A DNA stretch of 64,000 bases from Nanobdellota archaeon. GTDB lineage: Archaea; Nanobdellota; Nanobdellia; Woesearchaeales; JAHIVG01. This document shows positions 47,204 through 55,447 of this stretch, in pieces (the stretch's first letter is position 1; the number at the start of each line of letters is the position of its first letter). The notes under the pieces are model-generated. The model worked only from the letters and a program-made list of their open reading frames with translations. It did not search any database and had not been told where the DNA came from. A program made the translations under genes and the position numbers. Location of the stretch: NCBI GenBank assembly GCA_043806015.1, contig JAZDHH010000007.1:51698-115697 (forward strand), written 5' to 3'.

Positions 47204-47229
47204 GTTATTTGTGTTTTTTCTATACTAGT

Positions 47230-47796
47230 ATGGCGGAAGAAGAGAGCACGTTCAGAGGAATCATCACCTTCTTCGACAAGATCGGCATCTACGACGTGGT
47301 CCTGCCCTTCCTGCTCGTCTTCACCATCACCTTCGCCATCTTCGAGAAGACTAAGGTCCTGGGCACCGAGGAGATCGACGGCAAGCGCTACACCAAGAAG
47401 AACCTCAACGCGATGACCGCGTTCGTCATCGCCTTCCTGGTCGTGGCCTCCACCAAGATCGTCTCCATCATCAACAAGAGCCTGGCCAACATCGCACTCA
47501 TCCTGATCATCATCGTCTCCTTCATGCTGCTCGTCGGCATGTTCTTCAAGGAGAGCGAGGACGTCTTCCTAGGCGGCAAATGGCGGACATTCTTCATGGT
47601 GGTGCTCCTCATCGGCGTGGTCCTCGTGTTCCTGGGGGCGGGCGGCTGGATCGAGCCCTGGTGGGAATGGCTTGTCAAGCACTGGGACACCAACTGGGTC
47701 GGCTCCATCATCCTCATCGTCCTCATCATCGTCATGATGCTCTTCATCACCAAGGACCGGGCGTCGCCGAAAAAGGCGCCCGAGAAGTCGGAGTAA
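47230..47796 (+). CDS. membrane protein, paralog A of a tandem triplicated family (unknown function)
   Basis: MAEEESTFRGIITFFDKIGIYDVVLPFLLVFTITFAIFEKTKVLG.. Four or more TM segments and a Trp-rich loop (EPWWEWLVKHWDTNW). The track start 47182 is probably an upstream extension. Confidence 0.5.
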   Translation: MAEEESTFRGIITFFDKIGIYDVVLPFLLVFTITFAIFEKTKVLGTEEIDGKRYTKKNLNAMTAFVIAFLVVASTKIVSIINKSLANIALILIIIVSFMLLVGMFFKESEDVFLGGKWRTFFMVVLLIGVVLVFLGAGGWIEPWWEWLVKHWDTNWVGSIILIVLIIVMMLFITKDRASPKKAPEKSE

Positions 47797-47846
47797 AGAT
47801 TAATATAGTACCTCATACACAAAAATCCTGAAAAGGAGGCTATAAC

Positions 47847-48452
47847 ATGGCAAGCGACGCGTGGAATCTCAACAGTTTCATCCAGATCGTTGAAGGATGG
47901 GGCCTCACCGATGTGATGCTGCCCTTCCTGCTGCTGTTCACCATCTTCTTCGCTATCCTCCAGAAGTCGCGGCTTCTCGGCGACGAGAAGAAGAATTACA
48001 ACATGATCGTCGCCCTGGTCATTGCGCTCATCGTAATCGTCCCCCACGTGACGCAATCCTACCCCAGCGACAACTGGGACCCCGTCGTGGTCATGAACAA
48101 GGCGCTGCCGACCGTCTCCATCATCGTGGTGGCCATCATCATGATGCTCATCCTCATCGGCATCTTCGGCGGCGAGGCGCACCTGCTGGGTGTCGCCCTG
48201 AACGGCTGGATCGCCTTCGTCAGCTTCGCGTTGATCATCGTCGTCTTCGGGTCCGCGGCCGGCTGGTGGGCGGGCTGGGATTGGTTCAACGACGTCTTCG
48301 GCCAGGAGGCCATCGCGCTGATCATCATCATCCTGGTCTTCGGCATCATCATCGGCTTTGTCACCGGCGAGGGCGGCGAGCGCGAGGAGCGCACCCGTTT
48401 CAAGCGCATCGGCGATGACCTGCGGAATGTCTTTGGTGGCGGCGGGAAGTAA
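47847..48452 (+). CDS. membrane protein, paralog B
   Basis: ..IVEGWGLTDVMLPFLLLFTIFFAILQKSRLLG.. shares the (G.DV.LPFLL.FTI.FAI..K..LG) block with paralog A. Trp-rich loop (GWWAGWDWFNDVFG). C-terminal GGGGK tail. Confidence 0.5.
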   Translation: MASDAWNLNSFIQIVEGWGLTDVMLPFLLLFTIFFAILQKSRLLGDEKKNYNMIVALVIALIVIVPHVTQSYPSDNWDPVVVMNKALPTVSIIVVAIIMMLILIGIFGGEAHLLGVALNGWIAFVSFALIIVVFGSAAGWWAGWDWFNDVFGQEAIALIIIILVFGIIIGFVTGEGGEREERTRFKRIGDDLRNVFGGGGK

Positions 48453-48458
48453 TTAGGC

Positions 48459-49028
48459 ATGGCCACGGTCATGGATGTCGGACTGCTTGAATTTATCAAG
48501 CCTATCCTCTCCATCGTCCTGGTCGCCGCGATCTCTTACGGCATCTTCACCTACACCAAGCTCTTCGGCGAGAACAAGGGCTTGCACGCTATCATCGCGG
48601 TGCTGATCGCGCTGCTGCTGGCCTTCATGAAGTCGCTCAGCAGCCTCGTCTCCACGATGCTGCCGTGGTTCGTCGTCTTCTTCATCTTCGTGATTTTTTT
48701 CCTGATGGGCTTCAAGCTCTTCGGAGCGACGGACAGCGATATCTCCAGCACGCTCAAGAACAACAAGGCCGTGTTCTATTGGATCCTGGTGGTCGGGATC
48801 CTCATCCTGCTCGGCTCGATCGGCCAGGTCTTCTTCACCGGCGACCAGCCATCCACCGACATCACCAACACGTCCACCATCCAGACAGGGGACGTTGGCA
48901 CCACAGGGACGGGCGCCTTCTGGGCGACCATCTTCCATCCCAAGGTGCTCGGCATGCTGGTCATCCTCATCATCGCGGTCTTCACGGTTCTCTGCCTCGC
49001 GGGCGGCTCCACCAGCGGGAAGCATTAG
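48459..49028 (+). CDS. membrane protein, paralog C (more divergent)
   Basis: Same architecture (KPILSIVLVAAISYGIFTYTKLFGENKG...). Thr/Gly-rich extracellular loop (TNTSTIQTGDVGTTGTGAFW). C-terminal GGSTSGKH. Confidence 0.45.
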   Translation: MATVMDVGLLEFIKPILSIVLVAAISYGIFTYTKLFGENKGLHAIIAVLIALLLAFMKSLSSLVSTMLPWFVVFFIFVIFFLMGFKLFGATDSDISSTLKNNKAVFYWILVVGILILLGSIGQVFFTGDQPSTDITNTSTIQTGDVGTTGTGAFWATIFHPKVLGMLVILIIAVFTVLCLAGGSTSGKH

Positions 49029-49089
49029 GCTTCTTTCTATCGTCGATTATTATCTCAGGAGGGCGGTAGAGAATACGTTGATCCCTTCC

Positions 49090-49190
49090 GCCACTCCGCG
49101 ATGGCGTGGCGGCACGGTCCAGCCGCTTCCGGCGGCCGGCTTTAGCCGCCCGGGAACCGGGCGGACCGAGCCGCGGCCGAAGGCCGCGGA
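49090..49190. other. GC-rich cluster of perfect hairpins with GAA loops between convergent genes
   Basis: ccgcccgg-gaa-ccgggcgg (49146-49164). ccgcggcc-gaa-ggccgcgg (49171-49189). A weaker gccac..gtggc (49090-49110). Confidence 0.4.
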
Positions 49191-49241
49191 GAGTAGTCTT
49201 CTTTTTCCATTGCCAATTTCAAGGGATGACAAGAAATCCGT

Positions 49242-49475
49242 TCACGCCTTCTTCTTCTTCACGTCCTGCGTTATCCTGGACAGTTCCTGGACGTTCTCGG
49301 TAAGGCTCGGAAGGATCTTCTGGAAGACCTGCTCCATGGCCTTGATGTCCGAGCCCAGGTTGACCAGGTTCTGGTCGTACTCGCCGATCTTGCCCAGGAC
49401 GCCCTGGTGCAGCATGTCGAAGTTGCGCTCGACGTCCGCGAAGCGCTGCTCGATCTGCCCCATCTTCTCGTCCAT
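49242..49475 (-). CDS. small coiled-coil protein (hypothetical), in frame with the upstream ORF across one TAG
   Basis: 77 aa (MDEKMGQIEQRFADVERNFDMLHQGVLGKIGEYDQ...). The 27 codons between the upstream TAG (49557-49559) and this ATG are open, GC3-rich and protein-like (EIAEAIIDEKWNELVKNVNKVIEWKER). Confidence 0.35.
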   Translation of the reverse strand: MDEKMGQIEQRFADVERNFDMLHQGVLGKIGEYDQNLVNLGSDIKAMEQVFQKILPSLTENVQELSRITQDVKKKKA

Positions 49476-49556
49476 GCGCTCCTTCCACTCGATGACCTTG
49501 TTGACGTTCTTTACGAGCTCGTTCCACTTCTCGTCGATGATCGCTTCCGCGATCTC

Positions 49557-49898
49557 CTAGATGCGCTCCTCAGAGCTGCCCTGCGGTGAAAAGCCTTGCA
49601 TTTCGGGCGGTGGCTGCGCATAGCCGCCTTCCGTGACCATGCCTGGCGGCGGGGCGGTCATGGCCGGGATGCCCTCGACGTTGCCCTTCACGTCCGCCTG
49701 GTTCATGGCGTCGAAGATGACGTTGGGGGCGAAGCCCTGCTGCTGCAGGCGCTGGATGATCTGGTTGTTGGAGAAGCCTTGCTGGCGCATCTGCAGGACG
49801 TCGTTGACCGGGGGGACTCCCTGCGGCTGGGGCGGTGGCTGCCAGGCGGAAACGTCTGCAGGCGGCGCATCTTTCTTCCCGAAGCTGAACATGGCCAT
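49557..49898 (-). CDS. Gln/Pro-rich protein with a UBA-like helical domain (hypothetical)
   Basis: 113 aa. VNDVLQMRQQGFSNNQIIQRLQQQGFAPNVIFDAMNQ resembles a UBA-like three-helix domain, flanked by P/Q-rich low-complexity. Ends at TAG. Confidence 0.4.
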   Translation of the reverse strand: MAMFSFGKKDAPPADVSAWQPPPQPQGVPPVNDVLQMRQQGFSNNQIIQRLQQQGFAPNVIFDAMNQADVKGNVEGIPAMTAPPPGMVTEGGYAQPPPEMQGFSPQGSSEERI

Positions 49899-49977
49899 GA
49901 ATCCCTTTACCTAAACATTGTTTATAAAGCTTTCGGCGGCGAAAAATATTTATACCTGGCGTTGGAAGAGAAGAGGC

Positions 49978-50073
49978 ATGAAAGCGCAAACAAAAGTCGA
50001 GTACGCCATCATCCTCGCGGTCGTCGTGGTCATCGCCCTCATCGCCGTCGGGGTCCTTGGCGGGTTCGCCTAA
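49978..50073 (+). CDS. minimal class III signal peptide (archaeal type IV pilin-like) protein, 31 aa; absent from the ORF track
   Basis: MKA|QTKVEYAIILAVVVVIALIAVGVLGGFA. Short basic leader, Q at +1, E at +5 (the DUF361-like QxxxEY pattern), then an uninterrupted hydrophobic helix. A purine-rich RBS (ggaagagaagagg) and a tttataaa element lie upstream. Confidence 0.5.
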   Translation: MKAQTKVEYAIILAVVVVIALIAVGVLGGFA

Positions 50074-51539
50074 ATATTCTTGAGAAGATGCGCGAGGAGA
50101 TCGTCCTTCTTGATGCGTTCCTGCTTGGTGCTGTCCCGGTCGCGGACAGTGACGGTGCCGTCGGTTAGCGAATCGAAGTCCACGGTGACGCAGAACGGCG
50201 TGCCGGTCTCGTCCTGGCGGGCGTAGCGCCGGCCGATGCTTCCTGACTTGTCGAAAATGCAGGGCATGTGCTTCCGGAGCGCCTCAAAAACAGAGCGCGC
50301 GGCCTCCATGAGCTCCGGCTTGTTGGAGACGAGCGGGAAGACGGCGACTTTCACCGGCGCGATCGAGGGATGGAGGTGCAGCACCACGTTGCCGCGCTCC
50401 TTGTCGAAGTCATAGGCGTCGAAGAGGAACGCAAGGAGCGCCCGCTCAATGCCCTGCGACGGCTCCGCCGCGACATGGGGAACCACTTTCTCCTTTGATT
50501 CCTCGTCGAAGATGCCGAGCTCCTTCTTCGCCGCCTTGGCGTGCTGCTCGAGGTCGAAGCTTGACCTGTCTGCATCTCCATGGATCTCTTTCCAGCCGAA
50601 TGGGAACTTGTACTCAATGTCGAAACAGGCGCTGGCATAGTGGGCAAGTTCTTCTTTATGGTGCTCCCGGATCCGGAGATGCGAGGCCTTGATGCCGTGG
50701 TCCAGGAACCAGCGGTAGAAGAGCCCGACCCAGTAGGCGTGCCATGCGGTCTTGAAGATGCGCTTCTCGAGCAGGTCCCCGATGGCCAGGCTGTGTTCTG
50801 TCTTGTCCGCGGCGAGCAGATGCACTTTTAGCTCTTTGATCTCATCGAACGGGAGGCAGTCCTGCAGCTTTTTTGGATGGCAGAAGAATTCTATCTCGAA
50901 CTGCTCGAATTCCCTTGTCCTGAAGAGGAAGTCCCGAGGTGAGATCTCGTTGCGGAATGCCTTTCCCTCCTGGGCGATGCCGAAAGGCAGCTTGACCCTG
51001 CCGACGTCCACGACAGTGGGGAATGCGGTGAAGATGAGCTGCGCGGTCTCTGGGCGCAGGTAGGCAGTCAACCCTTTGTCCGGGCCGACGGAAGTGGAGA
51101 ACATGAGGTTGAAGCTATTCCCCATGGCCAGATGCCCTTTGCACTTTGGGCAGGAGACATCCTTGAGCAGCGCGGCCATCTGGTCAGGGGCCATGCCGTC
51201 TGCCGAGAGCTTGAGGCTGTCCTCGATGAGGGTGTCAGCGCGGTAAACCTCCTTGCACTTCTCGCAGCTCACCATAGCATCGGCGAAATTCGCGGTGTGG
51301 CCGCTCGCCTGCCAGACCTTAGGGTGGGTGATGATGGCCCCATCGATGCCGAGCACGTCCTCCCGCTGCTGCACGAACGAGCGCCAGAGCGCCGCCTTGA
51401 TGTTGTTCTTCAGCTCGACCCCGATGGGCCCGAAGTCATAGAACCCTGAAAGGCCGCCATAGAGCTCGGCGGAGGGGAAGGCGATGCCCTTCTTCTTGCA
51501 GAAGGTGGCCATCTCGTCGATGCTGATCATGACCAGCAC
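50070..51539 (-). CDS. glyS: glycyl-tRNA synthetase (archaeal/eukaryotic alpha2 type)
   Basis: The N-terminus ..AFPSAELYGGLSGFYDFGPIGVELKNNIK matches GlyRS (..[26 protein letters not shown]). Class II motifs 2 and 3 and the anticodon-binding C-terminus are consistent. Confidence 0.85.
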   Translation of the reverse strand: MLVMISIDEMATFCKKKGIAFPSAELYGGLSGFYDFGPIGVELKNNIKAALWRSFVQQREDVLGIDGAIITHPKVWQASGHTANFADAMVSCEKCKEVYRADTLIEDSLKLSADGMAPDQMAALLKDVSCPKCKGHLAMGNSFNLMFSTSVGPDKGLTAYLRPETAQLIFTAFPTVVDVGRVKLPFGIAQEGKAFRNEISPRDFLFRTREFEQFEIEFFCHPKKLQDCLPFDEIKELKVHLLAADKTEHSLAIGDLLEKRIFKTAWHAYWVGLFYRWFLDHGIKASHLRIREHHKEELAHYASACFDIEYKFPFGWKEIHGDADRSSFDLEQHAKAAKKELGIFDEESKEKVVPHVAAEPSQGIERALLAFLFDAYDFDKERGNVVLHLHPSIAPVKVAVFPLVSNKPELMEAARSVFEALRKHMPCIFDKSGSIGRRYARQDETGTPFCVTVDFDSLTDGTVTVRDRDSTKQERIKKDDLLAHLLKNI

Positions 51540-51555
51540 AGGAAGAAGGCCGTTA

Positions 51556-52050
51556 TTAAAGCTTTTTGTTGAGCAAGAGGTATGCTGCCTTGAACCCGTC
51601 GCCGAACATCTCCGGCCGGGTCTTGAGCTGGTCCTCGAGGCAGGCTATGTTGAAGAAGAGTATGTCGTCCGTCTCGGCCTCGTTCGTGATGAAGGGACCG
51701 TCGCTGTTCGCCCGGAAGGCCATGATGTTCTGCTTCTCCTGCGGGGTGTAGCTCCTTGTCTGGCCGATCGGCTTGAGCGCCACGTTGATGCCGAGCTCCT
51801 CTTTCATCTCACGCGCAGCTGCATGCTCATAGCTCTCGTCCCCCATGACATGGCCGGCGGCGCTGCTCGTCAGCTTCCCTGGCTGGATGGTCATCATCTG
51901 GCTCCTGCGCTGCAGCAGGAGCTCGCCCTGCGAGTTGAAGATCAGGATGTGCACGGTGCGGTGGATCATGCCTTTGGCGTGCAGCTCATGCCAGGTCGCC
52001 TTCCCGGTGACCTTGTCTTCCCTGTCCACGACGTCGTACCAGCGGTGCAT
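51556..52050 (-). CDS. NUDIX hydrolase
   Basis: Nudix box GHVMGDESYEHAAAREMKEELGI. Confidence 0.7.
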   Translation of the reverse strand: MHRWYDVVDREDKVTGKATWHELHAKGMIHRTVHILIFNSQGELLLQRRSQMMTIQPGKLTSSAAGHVMGDESYEHAAAREMKEELGINVALKPIGQTRSYTPQEKQNIMAFRANSDGPFITNEAETDDILFFNIACLEDQLKTRPEMFGDGFKAAYLLLNKKL

Positions 52051-52229
52051 AGTGGGAAAGGGCTTCGCCGATGTTGAAAAATATCCGCCCCCTGAGGAGC
52101 CTTAAAGGGAGTCACCTATTTAAATATTAGCGTGCGGGTAGGACTCGGCAATCGTAGTATATATCCTTATACAATATATATAATATTAGAAAAAAGTATA
52201 TATTTTCTTAATCACTCTTTGATAGCAAC

Positions 52230-53048
52230 ATGCCGATCGATGACCTGGTCAACGGTACGTTGCACGCCGAGAAGGGCAGCATCGAGCAGAAAGTAGAGCA
52301 GGCTATCGATGACCAGGCGAAAAAGGAGGCTGTCCGCAAAAGGCCGGGCTTCTTCACCTGGCCGGTCAAATACCTGGGCATCACCGGGCTCCTGGCCGCG
52401 GGGGGCTACCTCATCACCGGCGTCAATGCATTCCTTACCAGCGGCGCGTTTGGCATCGGGTATATCGTCGAATGCGGCAAGAACAAGGTCAAGCCGACGG
52501 TGGACAAGTTCTTCCGCAACATCTGGAAAGGCATGGTCATGGGCATCAGCGCCTATTTCATCTATGCGGGCACGGAAGCTGTCGCGAAAACCTATGACCT
52601 GGGACGTACCTTCCTCGGCAAGGTCGCCAAGACCGCGATCTTCAACCCGGTAGGCGTCGGCGTCTTCAACGTCGGCTTCCAGGCATACACGCATGCAGAG
52701 GAGCGCTACGGCTGGAAGGAGATGCTGAAGCCCTGGAAATGGCCGCAGTACATGGGCACGCTCTACTCAGAAGAGCTCAAGCCGCGGTGGGCGAAGCTCA
52801 CTGCCAAGACCATGAAGATCTTTTTCCCGATCCACTTCCTTGCCCAGAATTATATCTCGGGCATCACAGCAAGGATGGCGATCGGCGGCATGAACGACAT
52901 CATCTATCGCCTCGTGGCTCCGGCGGAGAAGAAAAAGGAACAAGAACCCGCGAAGAGCCCTGCCTACGCACCTTCGCCGGCGCCTTCCCTCAGCCAATCC
53001 TACTCAAGGAATCCAATCGGCATGCAGCCTCGGCTCGGGTTCGCCTGA
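52230..53048 (+). CDS. membrane protein (hypothetical)
   Basis: 272 aa. TM segments (ITGLLAAGGYLITGVNAFL; MVMGISAYFIYAG). Preceded by a very AT-rich, promoter-like spacer (52100-52229, atatata repeats). Confidence 0.4.
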   Translation: MPIDDLVNGTLHAEKGSIEQKVEQAIDDQAKKEAVRKRPGFFTWPVKYLGITGLLAAGGYLITGVNAFLTSGAFGIGYIVECGKNKVKPTVDKFFRNIWKGMVMGISAYFIYAGTEAVAKTYDLGRTFLGKVAKTAIFNPVGVGVFNVGFQAYTHAEERYGWKEMLKPWKWPQYMGTLYSEELKPRWAKLTAKTMKIFFPIHFLAQNYISGITARMAIGGMNDIIYRLVAPAEKKKEQEPAKSPAYAPSPAPSLSQSYSRNPIGMQPRLGFA

Positions 53049-53141
53049 GCCGAGGCATTTTTATCCCTTTAAAGTAGTAAATTATAGAAAGGCTTATATA
53101 CCGCTTCTCGTTTATGTATAGGATATACACTGGGGTAACAG

Positions 53142-53282
53142 ATGAGACAGCACATCATAACGAAAAGGATCGCCAAGCACGGGAAGCAGGCTATCATCGT
53201 CATACCTAGGATTCTCGAGCGAGAGCTCCCTCCCGGCACCATCGTCCGCGTGACGGTTGATGTCCTTGAGGTGGCACCATGA
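53142..53282 (+). CDS. AbrB/MazE-like swapped-hairpin small DNA-binding protein (46 aa)
   Basis: MRQHIITKRIAKHGKQAIIVIPRILERELPPGTIVRVTVDV matches the SpoVT/AbrB/MazE pattern (K.G.s..v.IP..i...l....G..v.v.v.). RBS ggggt upstream. The stop overlaps the next ATG (ATGA). Confidence 0.45.
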   Translation: MRQHIITKRIAKHGKQAIIVIPRILERELPPGTIVRVTVDVLEVAP

Positions 53283-55447
53283 CCGCCGACCGAGTGCCCG
53301 CGACACAAGCAGGATGGGATCCAAAAATGACAGAACTTCAGCCTAGTTGGGAATCCATTCTTTCCATGCCTTTCGGACAGGCTAAAAGCGTCCATGACGC
53401 ACATCAGGCGTTGCTGACGGGCGATCGCCTGGCAGCCAATATCGCAATCCCGTATCATGTTGTCCGCGGCCATCCTCAGATTCAACAGGGATTGGCAAAG
53501 CAGGAAAGCATCGTGGCGTACCTCCGCCAGCAGGTGGAGGCGGGCTCTATGGGCTCCGTCGAGGTCGCCAATATACTGGAGGCTATGCCCCAGGCCGTTT
53601 CCTTCTCCAGAATCCTTCCCCAAGCCTCAGGAACCTACTTGTACCGACGTGGTTTGCTCGTCGAGACGGTCTACCGCTTTCCATCGGGACAGAACGTGAG
53701 GCTCTTCAGCCGTGTCTCCAAGAATGCCAAGGAGTCTGGTCAGATCGCGAGGCAACAGCTTTTCTACGATGGCCTTGTGCGCTACCTGCACGAGCGCCTG
53801 CCAAACGGCACCCCTTTGAGTGCTGTGCTCAACTCTGTCAAGACGCAACGACACCTGCATCAGGAGAAAGGTGTCTTGGAGGATATCCTCATCGATGGCG
53901 AAGACGGTCAAGCCCATGCAAGAAAGCTTTCTGACAACGATCGCATGGACTTCATCGAAAAGGTGTGCGGCCTTGACATCCTCGTCGGTTATTTCGCGGA
54001 AGAATTTCTCCGCACGGACGAGGGGGAAAAACTTTCCTATGGCAGCGGCCTCAGGGGAAAGATAAACAGAGCCTTGGGGAGACCACTCACGCCAGAGGTC
54101 GATAGCGTAGTCCAAGTCTATGAACGGATCCTCATTCCCCAGGACGCGGAACTCCGCCGATCACTCATCGATGCTGGAATAATCGGCTCGGACCGCAGGG
54201 TCAGGCATCCGGAGAAGCTGCTCCGGCGTTACCAGCATGCGCAAGAGAGGGAATTCGTGGATTTCCTGGTTGGCAAAGATACGCCAGGCCAATCATTCTA
54301 CACCAATCTTGACTCTACCGGCTTCAACATCATGGTCAGCGGAGGGAAAATAACGCCGATCGACTTCGAGCAATACGGCTTCGGCTCGATTTTCACCGCC
54401 CTGGCGCCACGGCTCGTCACGATGAGTAAAAAGGGCTCTTCTGTAGACGAGAAAGTTTCCTTCTATTCCGATATGGCCGATCGCCTGTATTCCGCCTATG
54501 AGGCCTGCTTCGCGGTGTCACCCCGGGAAGAGAAGATTACGCCTGAGGAGTTCAAGGCAGGGCTGCACCGGGCGATCTTGGCACACCATCTCGTGCTCGC
54601 GCGCAGATTCCACCAGTACGCCCGGCACGACCATGACCCTGAGAAGATAGAGTTATTGGCCCGCGCCAATTACGCCATGTTCGAGCAGCTTGCACTGAAA
54701 AGGGAGGTTTCTCTCCCTGCCATCGCCTATGTCCGTTCACTCTTCGGCCAATCATCCTATGGTGACATAAGCGCCTTCGGACAGTATGACGCTGTTTCCA
54801 ACTCCGAGCTCCAGCCCCGGGACATGGAGGAGCTCTTGGCGCATGAGCTTGATCAGATGGCGAGCCAGGCACGGAGCCATCGAATCGCTGAAGCCCGACG
54901 GCGCACCCTGTTACCGGCTGGCATCGCGGCCGCGCTCCTGCTGGCGACTGCAGCGTCGTATATGGCTGTGAGGAACCAGTATGAAGTCGAACACCAACGG
55001 AAGGTCACTGAATTAGAAAGGGCTTCTGGGCTGGTCGCGGGGATAAGGGGCAATCGGAACCTTCCGGATATCACCTTTATCGCTCGGCAAGGGATGGTCG
55101 AATGGGAATGGGGAATAACAGACAAAAAGACTGCGCTCGGGCTGTCCATGACACAGGAATCCTATGCTGTTGTGAAGGATGCCATCGAGACGACCGGTTC
55201 GACTGAATGGATGGATATCTCGATGTATGTTTTTAGGCATAATCGTGATGTTTTTGCAGCGGTCGAGGATGCCTATTTCATATTGGACACCGGGATGATA
55301 TCCGGGATCCACAACGACAATGTCGCCAAGAAGACCTTCAAGGAGTGGGAGGCTCGTAGAATTGCCCAGAACAGGGGTGCCTTAGGAGCCCCAACGGATT
55401 CAAGGGAGAGACTCTATTTCCCCTCAACCCATTCGCTTCTTCAATAA
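53279..55447 (+). CDS. membrane-anchored protein-kinase-like (PKL-fold) protein with an extracytoplasmic C-terminal domain
   Basis: 722 aa. The catalytic-loop-like YTNLDSTGFNIMV (D345..N350) is followed 12 residues later by IDFEQYGFG (a DFG-like Mg site), as in APH/ChoK/eukaryotic-like kinases. One TM (LLPAGIAAALLLATAASYMAV, about 545-565) and a roughly 160-aa Trp-rich C-terminal domain. Codon usage is less GC3-biased than in the core genes. Confidence 0.45.
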   Translation: MTADRVPATQAGWDPKMTELQPSWESILSMPFGQAKSVHDAHQALLTGDRLAANIAIPYHVVRGHPQIQQGLAKQESIVAYLRQQVEAGSMGSVEVANILEAMPQAVSFSRILPQASGTYLYRRGLLVETVYRFPSGQNVRLFSRVSKNAKESGQIARQQLFYDGLVRYLHERLPNGTPLSAVLNSVKTQRHLHQEKGVLEDILIDGEDGQAHARKLSDNDRMDFIEKVCGLDILVGYFAEEFLRTDEGEKLSYGSGLRGKINRALGRPLTPEVDSVVQVYERILIPQDAELRRSLIDAGIIGSDRRVRHPEKLLRRYQHAQEREFVDFLVGKDTPGQSFYTNLDSTGFNIMVSGGKITPIDFEQYGFGSIFTALAPRLVTMSKKGSSVDEKVSFYSDMADRLYSAYEACFAVSPREEKITPEEFKAGLHRAILAHHLVLARRFHQYARHDHDPEKIELLARANYAMFEQLALKREVSLPAIAYVRSLFGQSSYGDISAFGQYDAVSNSELQPRDMEELLAHELDQMASQARSHRIAEARRRTLLPAGIAAALLLATAASYMAVRNQYEVEHQRKVTELERASGLVAGIRGNRNLPDITFIARQGMVEWEWGITDKKTALGLSMTQESYAVVKDAIETTGSTEWMDISMYVFRHNRDVFAAVEDAYFILDTGMISGIHNDNVAKKTFKEWEARRIAQNRGALGAPTDSRERLYFPSTHSLLQ

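Noticed and set aside
49557-49559. Pyrrolysine or other genome-wide TAG recoding as the explanation for the in-frame TAG
   Set aside because: TAG terminates rpl12 (followed by TGA) and the downstream coiled-coil gene in this same window, so TAG is a functional stop here. Any readthrough would have to be local.
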